Assembly (NCBI GenBank): GCA_038237055.1
Contig: JBBRZD010000001.1
Coordinates: 1-50,906 of the forward strand
Source: Lysobacterales bacterium
GTDB lineage: Bacteria > Pseudomonadota > Gammaproteobacteria > Xanthomonadales > Rhodanobacteraceae
Length of the DNA: 50,906 nt
Reading direction: 5' to 3'
Part shown: piece after piece, positions 1 through 10,493 of the stretch
Position numbering within the stretch: the first letter of the stretch is position 1
Layout of the letters: each line of letters starts with the position of its first letter
Translations under genes and position numbers: made by a program
Notes under the pieces: model-generated
What the model was told of the DNA's origin: nothing
The model's input: only the letters and a program-made list of their open reading frames with translations
Database searches by the model: none

Positions 1-912
<912 letters not shown>

Positions 913-945
913 TTACTGCTGATGCGGGGCGACAGCGAAACGTTG

Positions 946-1923
946 TCAGTGCGCAATGACGACACCCCACGGCAGTTCACCGACCGGGATTTCCTTGCCC
1001 ACGGCAAACGTCACTACGTCGATCACGCTGACGCTGTTCGAGCGTCCGTTCGCCACATATAGCTTCTTGCCGTCGGCTGACAGCGCCATGTTCCATGGCC
1101 GCTGGCCGACTGTGATCTGCTTGATCACCGCATTCGTATCCGTGTCGATCACCGACACACTGCCGCTCCCGTTCGCGACGTAGACACGCTTGCCGTCCTG
1201 CGACGTCGTCACGCCCGCTGCACGCGCGGCGGTCGGAATCGATGCGATTTTTGTGCGCGCGGCGAAGTCGATCACGTCGACGCCGTTTGCCGATTCCTGT
1301 GCGACGTAATAGTGCGACGTGCGCGGCACGAACGCGCCGCCGCGCGCATGACCGCTGGTCGCGATCGTGCCTACCGACGCATGCTTTGCGACGTCGATCA
1401 CATCTAGGTTGTCCGAACCCTCGTTGCTGGTCAGCAACCACTTGCCATCGGCCGTGAATTCGCAGTGCTCCGGATTCTTGCCCTGCACCGGAATCCGCGC
1501 GGTGATCTTGAACGACGCCGCATCCACGAGCAGGACCACGTTCTGACCCTCGGCGCAGACCGCGAGCGTCTTGTCGTCCGGCGACACGCGTACGCCTTCG
1601 GCTTCCTCGCCGATCGCAACGCGATGCTTGATGGTATCGCTGGCTGCGTCGATCGCGAACAAAGCGTTGTTCTGCGCGTCGACCACGTAAAGCGTCGCAC
1701 CGCTGCGATCGATATCGATCGCCTGCAGACGATGGCCGAGCTCATGCCCGGCAGTCAGCGTGCGCACGACGTTATCGTGCGCGGTATCGATCACCGATAT
1801 CGACCCGTTCTTCTGGTTCGGCACATATGCGAACGGCGCGGCGCTCGCGGCGACGCTGGCGGTCAGCGCGATCGCGCAGGTGAGCGCACGCACGGCAGCG
1901 TGCAGGTTGGAGGATGTCGGCAT
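946..1923 (-). CDS. Secreted YVTN-type beta-propeller protein (resembles PQQ-catabolism-associated propellers)
   Basis: Signal peptide; repeated units YVANGSGSVSVIDT, YVANGRSNSVSVID, VGQRPW, VGELPWGV. Confidence 0.85.
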   Translation of the reverse strand: MPTSSNLHAAVRALTCAIALTASVAASAAPFAYVPNQKNGSISVIDTAHDNVVRTLTAGHELGHRLQAIDIDRSGATLYVVDAQNNALFAIDAASDTIKHRVAIGEEAEGVRVSPDDKTLAVCAEGQNVVLLVDAASFKITARIPVQGKNPEHCEFTADGKWLLTSNEGSDNLDVIDVAKHASVGTIATSGHARGGAFVPRTSHYYVAQESANGVDVIDFAARTKIASIPTAARAAGVTTSQDGKRVYVANGSGSVSVIDTDTNAVIKQITVGQRPWNMALSADGKKLYVANGRSNSVSVIDVVTFAVGKEIPVGELPWGVVIAH

Positions 1924-2037
1924 CAGGGATCTGGTTTCGTTGCGATCTGGAGCGCCAACGATACGCCAGCCTGCGGCTTACCAGTTACGCAGCGCAGCGG
2001 TCCGGATCACTGCGGCAGCGCAATTCATTCGCGGCGA

Positions 2038-3030
2038 TCAGGCGATCAGCGTGTGCGCGCCGTCGATTTCGACCAGCAGTTCGGCACGACAGATATCTCC
2101 AGCCAGCAGCAGCAAGTCACCCAGGTCGGGCACATGCGCACGCAAGGTGCGCTCGACTAGAGCCGCATCGGACGGATCGCGCAAATAAACCTTCAGGCAG
2201 CTGCCGGCATCCAGGTGCGAGCTCACGGCACCCGTGTGTTGCAGCAGGCTTTCGAGATTGGCCAACGTCTCGTCCACTTGCGCGACGATATCTTCATGAT
2301 GCTTCGACGCATGTCCGACCACGGCCGCGGTGCCCGAGATCAGCAACTGCGTCGGGCCAACCAGCATGGCGCGAGCGAACGTCGGCGAGGTCGGTCCGTA
2401 CTGGCGCGGATAACGCCAGGCGCTGAGCTGACGTGGATTTTCCATCGGCGTACCGGGTAGGCGTGCGGCAAGACCGTAGACCTGCAGTACGCGCCGACCG
2501 TCCTGGCGACCGATCGCGGATGCGGCCGGATAGCGCGATTGCGCGATGCCGCGCATGCCGCGTGCGCGACCGTCGCAGAACAAGCGATAGCGCTCGGTGT
2601 CGCCGTCGCCGAGGTTGATCGCATCGAGGTAGTTCCATAAACGCAGAACGAACGGGGTCGCGCTGGCGGCGACGAATGTGTTGATTCGGTGGTACGCATG
2701 TTCAGCTGCGCCCGTGATGCCGTCGTGTGCAGCCTCATCGACTTCGATGGCGAAGAACAGGTGCTCGCCGTCGGTGCTCCAGCGCAGGTCGTCCGCGCGC
2801 CCACACGTCACGGCGTTCGCGCTGCGCCACACCTCGATGAGACCGTTCGGCTGCACCGGTTCGAGGCCAACCCGCAACACGCGCGGATCGTCGACGTCGG
2901 GCAGCACTTGGCCAAAACCAAACATGGCGAGTACGCCGGGCTCGCCCGCAAGCGTGACCACCGAAGCCTTTTCATAGCCGATCCGCACGGGTGCGGCAGG
3001 CGATTCGGTTGCGCTCATCGAGGTCGACAT
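2038..3030 (-). CDS. xanB2: FkbO/Hyg5-family chorismatase, XanB2-like ('pteridine-dependent deoxygenase'), hydroxybenzoate-forming
   Basis: LRLWNYL, ERYRLFC.GR, YPAASAIG, ENPRQLSAWRYPRQYGPTSPTFARA, ISGTAAVVGH, DICRAELLVEIDG motifs; pigment-cluster context. Confidence 0.85.
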   Translation of the reverse strand: MSTSMSATESPAAPVRIGYEKASVVTLAGEPGVLAMFGFGQVLPDVDDPRVLRVGLEPVQPNGLIEVWRSANAVTCGRADDLRWSTDGEHLFFAIEVDEAAHDGITGAAEHAYHRINTFVAASATPFVLRLWNYLDAINLGDGDTERYRLFCDGRARGMRGIAQSRYPAASAIGRQDGRRVLQVYGLAARLPGTPMENPRQLSAWRYPRQYGPTSPTFARAMLVGPTQLLISGTAAVVGHASKHHEDIVAQVDETLANLESLLQHTGAVSSHLDAGSCLKVYLRDPSDAALVERTLRAHVPDLGDLLLLAGDICRAELLVEIDGAHTLIA

Positions 3031-3118
3031 TCGAAACGCGGGGTAGTTCTAGGGCGCCACTCGGACCGGCGGCGGGTCGACGATGATACACTGGACCAAT
3101 ATTTTTCAGCGCATTCCG

Positions 3119-3421
3119 ATGGCCGACGCCCCGATGGACACAAGTACCGCCGCCGCCGCGCAGACCCCTGCCGAGCATGAACTCGCGCAGCTGCTGGTGG
3201 TGAGCCTCAATATCGACGGCATGAAGCCCGAGCAGATCGACCCGCACGCCGCGCTGTTCGGCAGCGATCTGGGTCTGGATTCCATCGACGCACTCGAGCT
3301 TGCGCTGGCAGTGTCCAAGCGCTACGGCTTCCAGCTGCGTTCGGATAATCCCGACAACAAGCGCATCTTCAGCAGCCTGCGCGAGCTGTCCGCGCACATC
3401 GAGCAGAACCGCGCCGCATAG
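3119..3421 (+). CDS. Acyl carrier protein (XanC-like)
   Basis: LGLDSIDALEL phosphopantetheine-attachment motif; about 100 aa; start could be 3119 or 3134. Confidence 0.9.
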   Translation: MADAPMDTSTAAAAQTPAEHELAQLLVVSLNIDGMKPEQIDPHAALFGSDLGLDSIDALELALAVSKRYGFQLRSDNPDNKRIFSSLRELSAHIEQNRAA

Positions 3422-3458
3422 CGCGCGTTTGCCCTGGGCACTACGGGCGCGGGCGAAT

Positions 3459-4787
3459 CTACGAGGGGTCCACCGGCGTATTGCCGCCGCTGAACGCGAC
3501 CTTCGCCTGGCGCCGGCGCATCATCATCTCGCCGACCCAGCGGCGCAGGTTGCCGATCCCGTAGCAGGCATAGACAAGCTTGAACAGCTTCAGCTTGCGC
3601 ATCACCGCATCATTGTCGAAGACATCGCCGGCAAGCATCGAGATCACGCCCTGCTCCAGCTGCCACTGGTTGCCGGGATGCGCGAACAGATGGCGCATCA
3701 CCGGCGAATTGAAGCGGTAGATGAACCACGAAAACACCCGCACGCCGCGGTGTATTCGCGCGGCGAAAGCACGTTGCAGGGTCGCCTCACGCGTGGGATC
3801 GGCAAGGATATCGCCGACCATCGCGGCGGCTTGCTTGGCGCTGTGCATCGCCAGGTACACGCCGGAAGAGAACACCGGATCGACGAACGCGTAGGCGTCG
3901 CCGACCATCACCCAACCCGGCCCCGCCATCCGTTCGCAGGTGTAGGAATAGTTGCCGGTCACGCGCACCTCGGACACCATCTTCGCATTCGCCATGCGGC
4001 GCCACGCGTCCGGCATCATCTGCAGCGTTGCGAGCAGAAATTCCTCGTTCCGGCCGCGGCGCTGCTTCAGGTAATCGGGCCAGCACACGCAACCGATGCT
4101 CATCACACCGGCTTGCAACGGGATGAACCAGCACCAGCCGTGTTCGAAGTTGTAGATGCTGATGTTTCCGGCATCTTCGGCCGGCCGCATCTCGACGCCC
4201 TCGAAATGCGCGAAGATCGCGGCGCTCTGATGCTTGTCGTTCTTGCGCTTGATCTTCAGTGCGCTGCCGAGCAGGGTTTCGCGGCCGCTCGCATCCACCA
4301 GATACTTCGCGCGTATGTCCAATGCGTTGCCGTTGGCATCGCGCGCCTTCGCCGTGATCCGACCGACACCATCGGCTGCGACCTGTTCGACCTTGACGCC
4401 TTCGCGTGCATCGACTCCGCTTTCGCGCGCGTGCTCGAACAGCATCTCATCGAAGTCCTCGCGCTTGACCTGGAACGCATGCGGCGGCGTGGTGCCGAGC
4501 GAACGCGCGAAATGGAAGGTCTGGTAGTTGCCCTCCTCGGAGGGGAAATCCGCACCCAGCTTGAGCACGCCAAGCGCGCGCACCTTCTCCATTACACCGA
4601 GTGCGTCGAAGATGGGCAGGTTCGCCGGCAACAGCGATTCGCCGATATGGAAACGCGGGTGGCGGTCCTTCTCCAGTTGCAGCACGCGAAGGCCCTGGCG
4701 CTGCAGCAACGTCGCCGCCGTCGATCCACCGGGTCCGCCGCCCACCACCAGCACGTCGCACTCGATCGAATCCGTTGCCTGCTGCAC
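3459..4787 (-). CDS. FAD-dependent halogenase/oxidoreductase (XanH-like)
   Basis: GGGPGGS FAD motif, FHIGESLLP, K-x-G-x-x-F (VLKLGADF), WCWFIP (halogenase WxWxIP), GDAYAFVDPVFSSGV. GTG start at 4787 preceded by GGAG. Confidence 0.85.
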   Translation of the reverse strand: MQQATDSIECDVLVVGGGPGGSTAATLLQRQGLRVLQLEKDRHPRFHIGESLLPANLPIFDALGVMEKVRALGVLKLGADFPSEEGNYQTFHFARSLGTTPPHAFQVKREDFDEMLFEHARESGVDAREGVKVEQVAADGVGRITAKARDANGNALDIRAKYLVDASGRETLLGSALKIKRKNDKHQSAAIFAHFEGVEMRPAEDAGNISIYNFEHGWCWFIPLQAGVMSIGCVCWPDYLKQRRGRNEEFLLATLQMMPDAWRRMANAKMVSEVRVTGNYSYTCERMAGPGWVMVGDAYAFVDPVFSSGVYLAMHSAKQAAAMVGDILADPTREATLQRAFAARIHRGVRVFSWFIYRFNSPVMRHLFAHPGNQWQLEQGVISMLAGDVFDNDAVMRKLKLFKLVYACYGIGNLRRWVGEMMMRRRQAKVAFSGGNTPVDPS

Positions 4788-4824
4788 GCACTTCTCCGGG
4801 GTAGCCGAACCGTCATTGGCCCCT

Positions 4825-5628
4825 ATGGTACAGTCGCGCCGCTTTCCCGCTACCCCGCTGGCGATTTCCGCGTTGCCTCCCGTGTCTGCCCCGGTTTCCC
4901 CTGCACACCTTGCAACGCCGCCCGCGCGACGTTCGCGCGCGTTCGCCTTCGGCGTGGGCGTGTACATGCTGTTGCTGTTTGCTGCGTTCGCGACCGGCAG
5001 CGCGGTGCTCGATGAGTTCGCCGTATTCGCCCTGATCAGCGTGCTGCTGCTGCGCGGCCTGCGTCGCGGCAGTGGCGTGGCGTGGTCTTTGTGGCTCGGC
5101 GTCTCGATCCTGCTGACATGGTTGGCTCGGCGCGGCCTGGGCCAGCTCGCATTGGATAGTCTGCCGGTCGTGATCAACGCGGCGCTGTGTCTGGTGTTCG
5201 CGCGTACGCTTGGCGCGTCGCACGAACCGCTGATCGCGCACATCATCAGCGTGCTCGAAGGTCCGCAGCGCCTCGCCATGCCGCGGGTCGCGGGTTATGC
5301 GCGTCGCCTTACCCTTGCATGGGCCCTGCTGCTCGGTCTGCAGGCGTGCGTATTGCTCGTCGTCGTCGCGTGCACGGTTCCCGACGGGATACTCGCGAGT
5401 TTCGGCATCGATCCGCCGTTCCCGGTTTCGCACGTCTGGCGTTGGTATCTTCATTTGGGCAGTTATGCGCTGGTGCTGGGCTTCCTCGTACTCGAATACG
5501 CGTTCCGTCGCTGGCATCTGCGCCATCTTCCGCATGCGCCGCTGCCCGTGTTCATCGCGCGCCTTGCGCGGCGCTGGCCCGCCCTGATAGCCAGCTTCGC
5601 TGCCGGTACGGCGCGCAGTGCCCCATGA
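4825..5628 (+). CDS. Xanthomonadin-cluster integral membrane protein
   Basis: Several TM segments; FARTL...EPLI, YARRLT.AW and LEYAFRRWHL motifs typical of aryl-polyene-cluster membrane proteins; start uncertain. Confidence 0.7.
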   Translation: MVQSRRFPATPLAISALPPVSAPVSPAHLATPPARRSRAFAFGVGVYMLLLFAAFATGSAVLDEFAVFALISVLLLRGLRRGSGVAWSLWLGVSILLTWLARRGLGQLALDSLPVVINAALCLVFARTLGASHEPLIAHIISVLEGPQRLAMPRVAGYARRLTLAWALLLGLQACVLLVVVACTVPDGILASFGIDPPFPVSHVWRWYLHLGSYALVLGFLVLEYAFRRWHLRHLPHAPLPVFIARLARRWPALIASFAAGTARSAP

Positions 5629-5951
5629 GCGATCCGGCCGGCCAGCAGATGACGGTTATCGCGTGCATCCGGATATCCGCGCAGCATCCGAGCCTGCCCG
5701 GCCATTTTCCCGACCAGCCGATCGTGCCCGGCGTGGTCTTGCTCGATCGCATTGCCGCGGCAGTGGAACAGGCCGGGTGGGGCGCCCTGCATCGCATCGC
5801 TGCGGTAAAATTCCTCGCGCCGCTGCTGCCGGAACAAGACGCCCAACTGACAGCCACCTGCAACGGCACGCGCCTGCGTTTCCACATTGAACGCGACGGC
5901 AGGGCGATACTGCGCGGCGAAGGCGAACTGGCCCAGGGGGGGCTGCAATGA
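5625..5951 (+). CDS. FabA/FabZ-like hotdog dehydratase
   Basis: HPSLPGHFPDQPIVPGVVLLD and VKFLAPLLP motifs; ATGA-type overlaps with neighbours. Confidence 0.85.
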   Translation: MSDPAGQQMTVIACIRISAQHPSLPGHFPDQPIVPGVVLLDRIAAAVEQAGWGALHRIAAVKFLAPLLPEQDAQLTATCNGTRLRFHIERDGRAILRGEGELAQGGLQ

Positions 5952-6919
5952 CTGAACACTGGACCCAACGCCCGGAAGGTGGCGGTCGCTTTGCAATCTG
6001 GCTGCTCCGCACGATCGGCCTGAATCTGGGCCGCGACGTTGCGCGCGCGCTCCTCTATCCGATCACGCTGTATTTCTATATCCGGCGACCATTCGAGCGT
6101 CGGGTCTCGGCTGAATTCCTGCAGCGTGCGTTTGGCCGGCCGGCGAGCCCCTGGCAAGTGATGCGCCATATCCATCGCTTTGCCTCGACCATCCTCGACC
6201 GCATGTTCCTGCTCACCGATTGCTTCTCGCGCTTCGACGTGCGGATGAACGGGCTCGACGAACTGACTTCGCGTATCCGTCCGGACCGCGGCGTGCTCTT
6301 GATCGGTTCGCACATCGGCAGCTTTGAAGTGTTGCGCGTCGCGGCGGCGGCGCGCCCGGACGTGAAGGTGCGCGTCGTGCTCGATACGCAGCAGACGCCG
6401 GCGCTGACCGAGCTGCTGCATGCGATCAACCCGGAGATCGGCCGCAACGTGATCGATGCGTCGCGACCCGGCACCGAGATCGTGCTCGCGCTCAGCGAAG
6501 CGCTGCGCGAAGGCGCACTGACGACACTGCTCGGCGACCGCGCACGACCCAATGAGGCAACGATAGTCGTCGACTTCATGGGCTCGCCGGCTGCATTTCC
6601 GGTGGCGCCGTTTATCATCGGCTCGGTACTCAAGGTGCCGCTCGTCCTGTGTTTTGGCCTCTACCGCGGCGGCAACCGCTACGACCTGCATTTCGAGGCG
6701 TTTTCCGACGAGCTGGTGCTGCCGCGGCGTGGGCGCAAAGCCGAGCTGCGCGCGGTCGTGCAACGCTATGCGACGCGTCTTGAGCACTACGTACGCGAAG
6801 ACCCCTATAACTGGTTCAACTGGCATGACTTCTGGAATCTCGATGGACTTGAAGAAGATGAGCTTGCTGCTGGCAGGGCTGCTGTCGCCGATGCTGGCGT
6901 GTCACGCAGCGTCGCGTGA
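5948..6919 (+). CDS. LpxL/HtrB-like acyltransferase of aryl-polyene clusters
   Basis: SHIGSFE (H-x4-E), LLGDR, and C-terminal PYNWFNWHDFW. Confidence 0.85.
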   Translation: MTEHWTQRPEGGGRFAIWLLRTIGLNLGRDVARALLYPITLYFYIRRPFERRVSAEFLQRAFGRPASPWQVMRHIHRFASTILDRMFLLTDCFSRFDVRMNGLDELTSRIRPDRGVLLIGSHIGSFEVLRVAAAARPDVKVRVVLDTQQTPALTELLHAINPEIGRNVIDASRPGTEIVLALSEALREGALTTLLGDRARPNEATIVVDFMGSPAAFPVAPFIIGSVLKVPLVLCFGLYRGGNRYDLHFEAFSDELVLPRRGRKAELRAVVQRYATRLEHYVREDPYNWFNWHDFWNLDGLEEDELAAGRAAVADAGVSRSVA

Positions 6920-7505
6920 AGCAGGAATCGCTGTCGATGCCGCGGCCCTGGTCGCGGGACTCAAGCGCGATGCGCCAGCGCGCACGGCTTATACCGAAGT
7001 ACGTTTTTCCGGCCTGCTCGATCGCCCGCTGATTCTGCGTGGGGAACTCGAATACCTCGGTCCCGGCAAGCTTGGCAAGCGCGTCGACAAACCTTATCGC
7101 GAACAGGTGACGGTCGCCGACGGCCGTGCCACCGTGAAGCGCGGCGATCGCGCCGCGCGCGCGTTTTCGCTCAGCCAGGCGCCAGAACTCGAAGGTTTCC
7201 TGCGTGGCTTCACGGCCCTGCTGGGTGGCGACGCCGTCACGCTTGCCGCCGACTTCGAACTCACCGCGAGCGGCACGCCGGCAAGCTGGCAACTCAATCT
7301 GAAACCGCGTGACACACGGCTTGCGCATCGCATCAGCACGATCGAAGTCGATGGCACCGAGCGCACGCCGCGTTGCTTCCGCACGCACGAAGCGGACGGC
7401 GACCTCAGCGTGCTGTTGGTCGATGGGCTGGCCACGGCGGATCTGCCGTCGCGGCCGTCGCCGCCGCAGATCGATGCGCTCTGCCGTGGTTTGAAGTCGC
7501 CGTGA
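6843..7505 (+). CDS. LolA-like periplasmic lipid carrier protein
   Basis: Signal peptide (MDLKKMSLLLAGLLSPMLACHA), YTEVRFSGLLDRPLILRGEL, WQLNLKP; start 6843 or 6858, overlapping the upstream acyltransferase. Confidence 0.75.
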   Translation: MDLKKMSLLLAGLLSPMLACHAASREAGIAVDAAALVAGLKRDAPARTAYTEVRFSGLLDRPLILRGELEYLGPGKLGKRVDKPYREQVTVADGRATVKRGDRAARAFSLSQAPELEGFLRGFTALLGGDAVTLAADFELTASGTPASWQLNLKPRDTRLAHRISTIEVDGTERTPRCFRTHEADGDLSVLLVDGLATADLPSRPSPPQIDALCRGLKSP

Positions 7506-9841
7506 GCAACGTCCCCGGGCGACATCGAACGCTGGCCTGGGTCCTGCTGTGCGGCTGGCTGGTGGCGCTGGTCGCGGTCGCCGCATTCGCCTTCCACACG
7601 CTGCATGTCAGCACCGATCTGCGCAGTTTCATGCCGCCGCCGCAGACGCCGGATCAGAAGCTGTTGATGGAACAAATTGGCGACGGACCCGGCTCGCGCC
7701 TGCTCCTGCTTGCGATTTCCGGCGCCGATGAACACCAACTGGCGGCCTTGAGTCGCGGCCTCGCCGAAAAGCTGCATAGCGACAGCCACTTCGAGCAGAT
7801 CATCAATGGCGCGTTCGATCCCGCCACTCTCGACGAGGCGTTGTTGCCGTACCGTTATCTGCTGTCGCCGACGCTCGACACGCATGCACTTGACGCGGCG
7901 TATCTCGGTGAGCAGCTCGAACAGCGCGTCGAAGATCTCGGCTCGCCGGCCGCAGCGCTGTTGAAGCCGCTGCTGCCGCGCGATCCCACTCTGGAAACCT
8001 TGGCGCTGGCCGAACGCTGGTCGCCGCCGAAGCCGCCGCAAACCCGCGATGGTGTCTGGTTCTCATCTACCGGTGAAGCCTTGATGCTGGTCGAGACGCG
8101 GGGTGCGGGTTTCGACCCGGCCGCGCAGGGCGCCGCGATTGATGCACTCAATGCCGCGTTCAACGCGCTGCCGGATGCGCATGCAGCGAAGTTGGCGATC
8201 AGTGGTCCCGGCTATTTCACGGTACTGATCAGTGCGAAGACGCGCGGCGAAGCCGATCGCATCGGTATGGTGAGCACGATCGGTTTCATCTTGCTGCTGC
8301 TGATGGCATACCGCAGCGTTCCGTCCCTGTTGCTCGCTGCGCTTCCGGTACTCAGTGGCGGCCTTGCCGGTGTCGCCGCGCTCGCGCTGGCGTTCGGCTC
8401 GGCGCACGGCATCACGCTCGCGTTCGGCTTCACCCTGCTCGGCGTGGCGCAGGAATATCCGATCCGCGTGCTCAGCCATCGCCGCGCCGGGGAGGATGCG
8501 CTAACCAGCGTGCGCGCCTTGTGGCCGCTGCTCGCGACCGCTATCGCATCCGCTGCGATTGCCTATCTCGCTTTTTTTGCATCCGGCGTCACCGGCCTGC
8601 AGCAGCTTGCGGTATTCACCATCGTCGGTCTGGCCGTGGCCGGACTCACCACTCGCTATCTATTGCCACGCGTGCTGCCGATGCGCTTCCGCGACGCAGC
8701 CACGACGCCCGGCCTGGCGCGCGCTGCGGATTTCATTGATGCGCTGCCGCGTCCGCGCTGGTTGCCATGGCTGTTGACTGCCGCGGCACTCGTCGTGCTG
8801 TGGTTCGCTCCAGGACCGATGTGGGAAAACGATCTCGCGGCGTTGACGCCGGTGCCGCAGGATCTGCTCTTGCGCGATGCGAAACTGCGCGGTGAACTCG
8901 GTGCGCCTGACGTGCGCTATTTGCTGGTGCTGAATGGCAAGAGTGCGGACGATGTACTCGCGTTTTCGGAAACTCTGGAACCACGCATTGATGAATTGAT
9001 CAAGCAAGGTGCCCTCGATGGAGCCGAACTTCCGAGTCGCTACCTGCCAAGTCTTGCGACGCAACGTGCGCGCCAGAGCAAGCTGCCCGATCGTGCGACG
9101 CTCGAGATAGCGCTCGCGCAAGCGACTCGTGATCTGCCGTTTCGCGCGGATCTGTTCACCCCGTTCCTTGACGATGTTGAGAAGGCAAGGACGCTACCGC
9201 TGCTGACCGCCGAGATATTCGGCAAGTCGCCGTTCGGCGGGAGACTTGCTTCGATGCTGGTCAAACGCAATGACGGCTGGCTGGGTCTTGCGACCTTGTC
9301 CGGCGTGCACGACGCGGGCGCGCTCGAGGCCTTCACCGAATCCACGCAAGGTCGTGCGCGTCTGCTCGACCTGAAAGGCGCATCGGAATCGCTGGTCGTG
9401 GCTTATCGTGAGCGCATCCTGCGTGCATTGGCGCTGGCGCTCGGTCTGCTTGCGATTACCGTGGTCGTCGCGTTGCGCAGCGCGCGACGCGCGTGGCACG
9501 TTCTCGCGCCGATGTCGCTCGCCACGTTGCTTGTGCTCGTGGTCGAACGCGCGAGCGGCATTTCGCTGTCGCTGTTTCATCTCGTCGCGTTGACGCTTGC
9601 CGCTGGACTCGGTTTGCACTACGCGTTGTTCTTCGAGCGACCCGTGGCGGATGCCGCCGAAGGTCGGCGCACCCTGCACGCGACGATCGTGTGCGTGCTG
9701 TCCGCGCTGCTCGTGTTCGGCATGCAGGCGTGGTCGTCGCTGCCGGTGCTGCGCGCAATCGGCCTCACCGTCGCACTCGGAGTCGGCTTCCACTTTTGCC
9801 TGTCGATCCTGATGGCGCGCGAACGCCAAGGCCGCGATTGA
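7502..9841 (+). CDS. MMPL/RND-family exporter
   Basis: About 780 aa, two TM bundles each preceded by a periplasmic domain; ITLAFGFTLLGVA and LAAGLGLHYALFF; GTG start overlaps upstream stop. Confidence 0.9.
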   Translation: MSNVPGRHRTLAWVLLCGWLVALVAVAAFAFHTLHVSTDLRSFMPPPQTPDQKLLMEQIGDGPGSRLLLLAISGADEHQLAALSRGLAEKLHSDSHFEQIINGAFDPATLDEALLPYRYLLSPTLDTHALDAAYLGEQLEQRVEDLGSPAAALLKPLLPRDPTLETLALAERWSPPKPPQTRDGVWFSSTGEALMLVETRGAGFDPAAQGAAIDALNAAFNALPDAHAAKLAISGPGYFTVLISAKTRGEADRIGMVSTIGFILLLLMAYRSVPSLLLAALPVLSGGLAGVAALALAFGSAHGITLAFGFTLLGVAQEYPIRVLSHRRAGEDALTSVRALWPLLATAIASAAIAYLAFFASGVTGLQQLAVFTIVGLAVAGLTTRYLLPRVLPMRFRDAATTPGLARAADFIDALPRPRWLPWLLTAAALVVLWFAPGPMWENDLAALTPVPQDLLLRDAKLRGELGAPDVRYLLVLNGKSADDVLAFSETLEPRIDELIKQGALDGAELPSRYLPSLATQRARQSKLPDRATLEIALAQATRDLPFRADLFTPFLDDVEKARTLPLLTAEIFGKSPFGGRLASMLVKRNDGWLGLATLSGVHDAGALEAFTESTQGRARLLDLKGASESLVVAYRERILRALALALGLLAITVVVALRSARRAWHVLAPMSLATLLVLVVERASGISLSLFHLVALTLAAGLGLHYALFFERPVADAAEGRRTLHATIVCVLSALLVFGMQAWSSLPVLRAIGLTVALGVGFHFCLSILMARERQGRD

Positions 9842-10278
9842 TGCTTGCCAAGTCGGATTGGTCGATGCTGATTCCGCACAAGGGTGCGATGTGCCTGCTC
9901 GACGAAGTCATCGACTACAGCGACAACGCGATCCACGCGCGCAGCGATTCGCATCGAAAACCCGACAATCCCCTGCGCAGCCACGGCAAGTTACGCGCGC
10001 TGCACCTGTGCGAATACGGCGCGCAGGCGATGGCCGTGCACGGCGGACTCATCGCCCGCGCCGCCGGCGACATCGCAGCGCCCGGCTATCTGGTCTCGCT
10101 GCGCGCAATCGAACTCACGGTTGATCGTGTCGATGATCTTTCCGGCTCGATCGACGTGTACGCCGAACGTCTTCTTGGCGGTGACGGCAGCTGGCAATAC
10201 GCGTTCCGCATTGAGCATGTCGGCGCGTTGATTGCGAGTGGGCGCGCGGCGGTGATGGCCGCGCCGTCCTGCGCCTGA
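9841..10278 (+). CDS. Hotdog-fold 3-hydroxyacyl-ACP dehydratase-like protein
   Basis: LIPHKGAMCLLD and EYGAQAMAVHGG motifs; 1-nt overlap with MMPL stop. Confidence 0.85.
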   Translation: MLAKSDWSMLIPHKGAMCLLDEVIDYSDNAIHARSDSHRKPDNPLRSHGKLRALHLCEYGAQAMAVHGGLIARAAGDIAAPGYLVSLRAIELTVDRVDDLSGSIDVYAERLLGGDGSWQYAFRIEHVGALIASGRAAVMAAPSCA

Positions 10279-10493
10279 CGTCTGCTCCGATATGGCGTTG
10301 CAAGTGGCCTAGGTCGGCACGTCGGCGATTTCTGGCCCCGCAGTTTGAAAATGAACGCCGACTTTGCGTTACGACCGTCATTCATCGGCGAGTAGGGGGT
10401 CGGCCGCTACGTTCGTACGCTCACTACCGATAGCCCTCGCGCACGCGCGATGGGCACATCGATCCGCTTGAAAATTTATCAGTGAGGGCGACC

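Noticed and set aside
3300-5015. 571-aa plus-strand ORF, and the 5' extension of the halogenase ORF to 5279
   Set aside because: Shadow of the halogenase; the extension overlaps the divergent membrane gene and a GTG start with RBS exists at 4787
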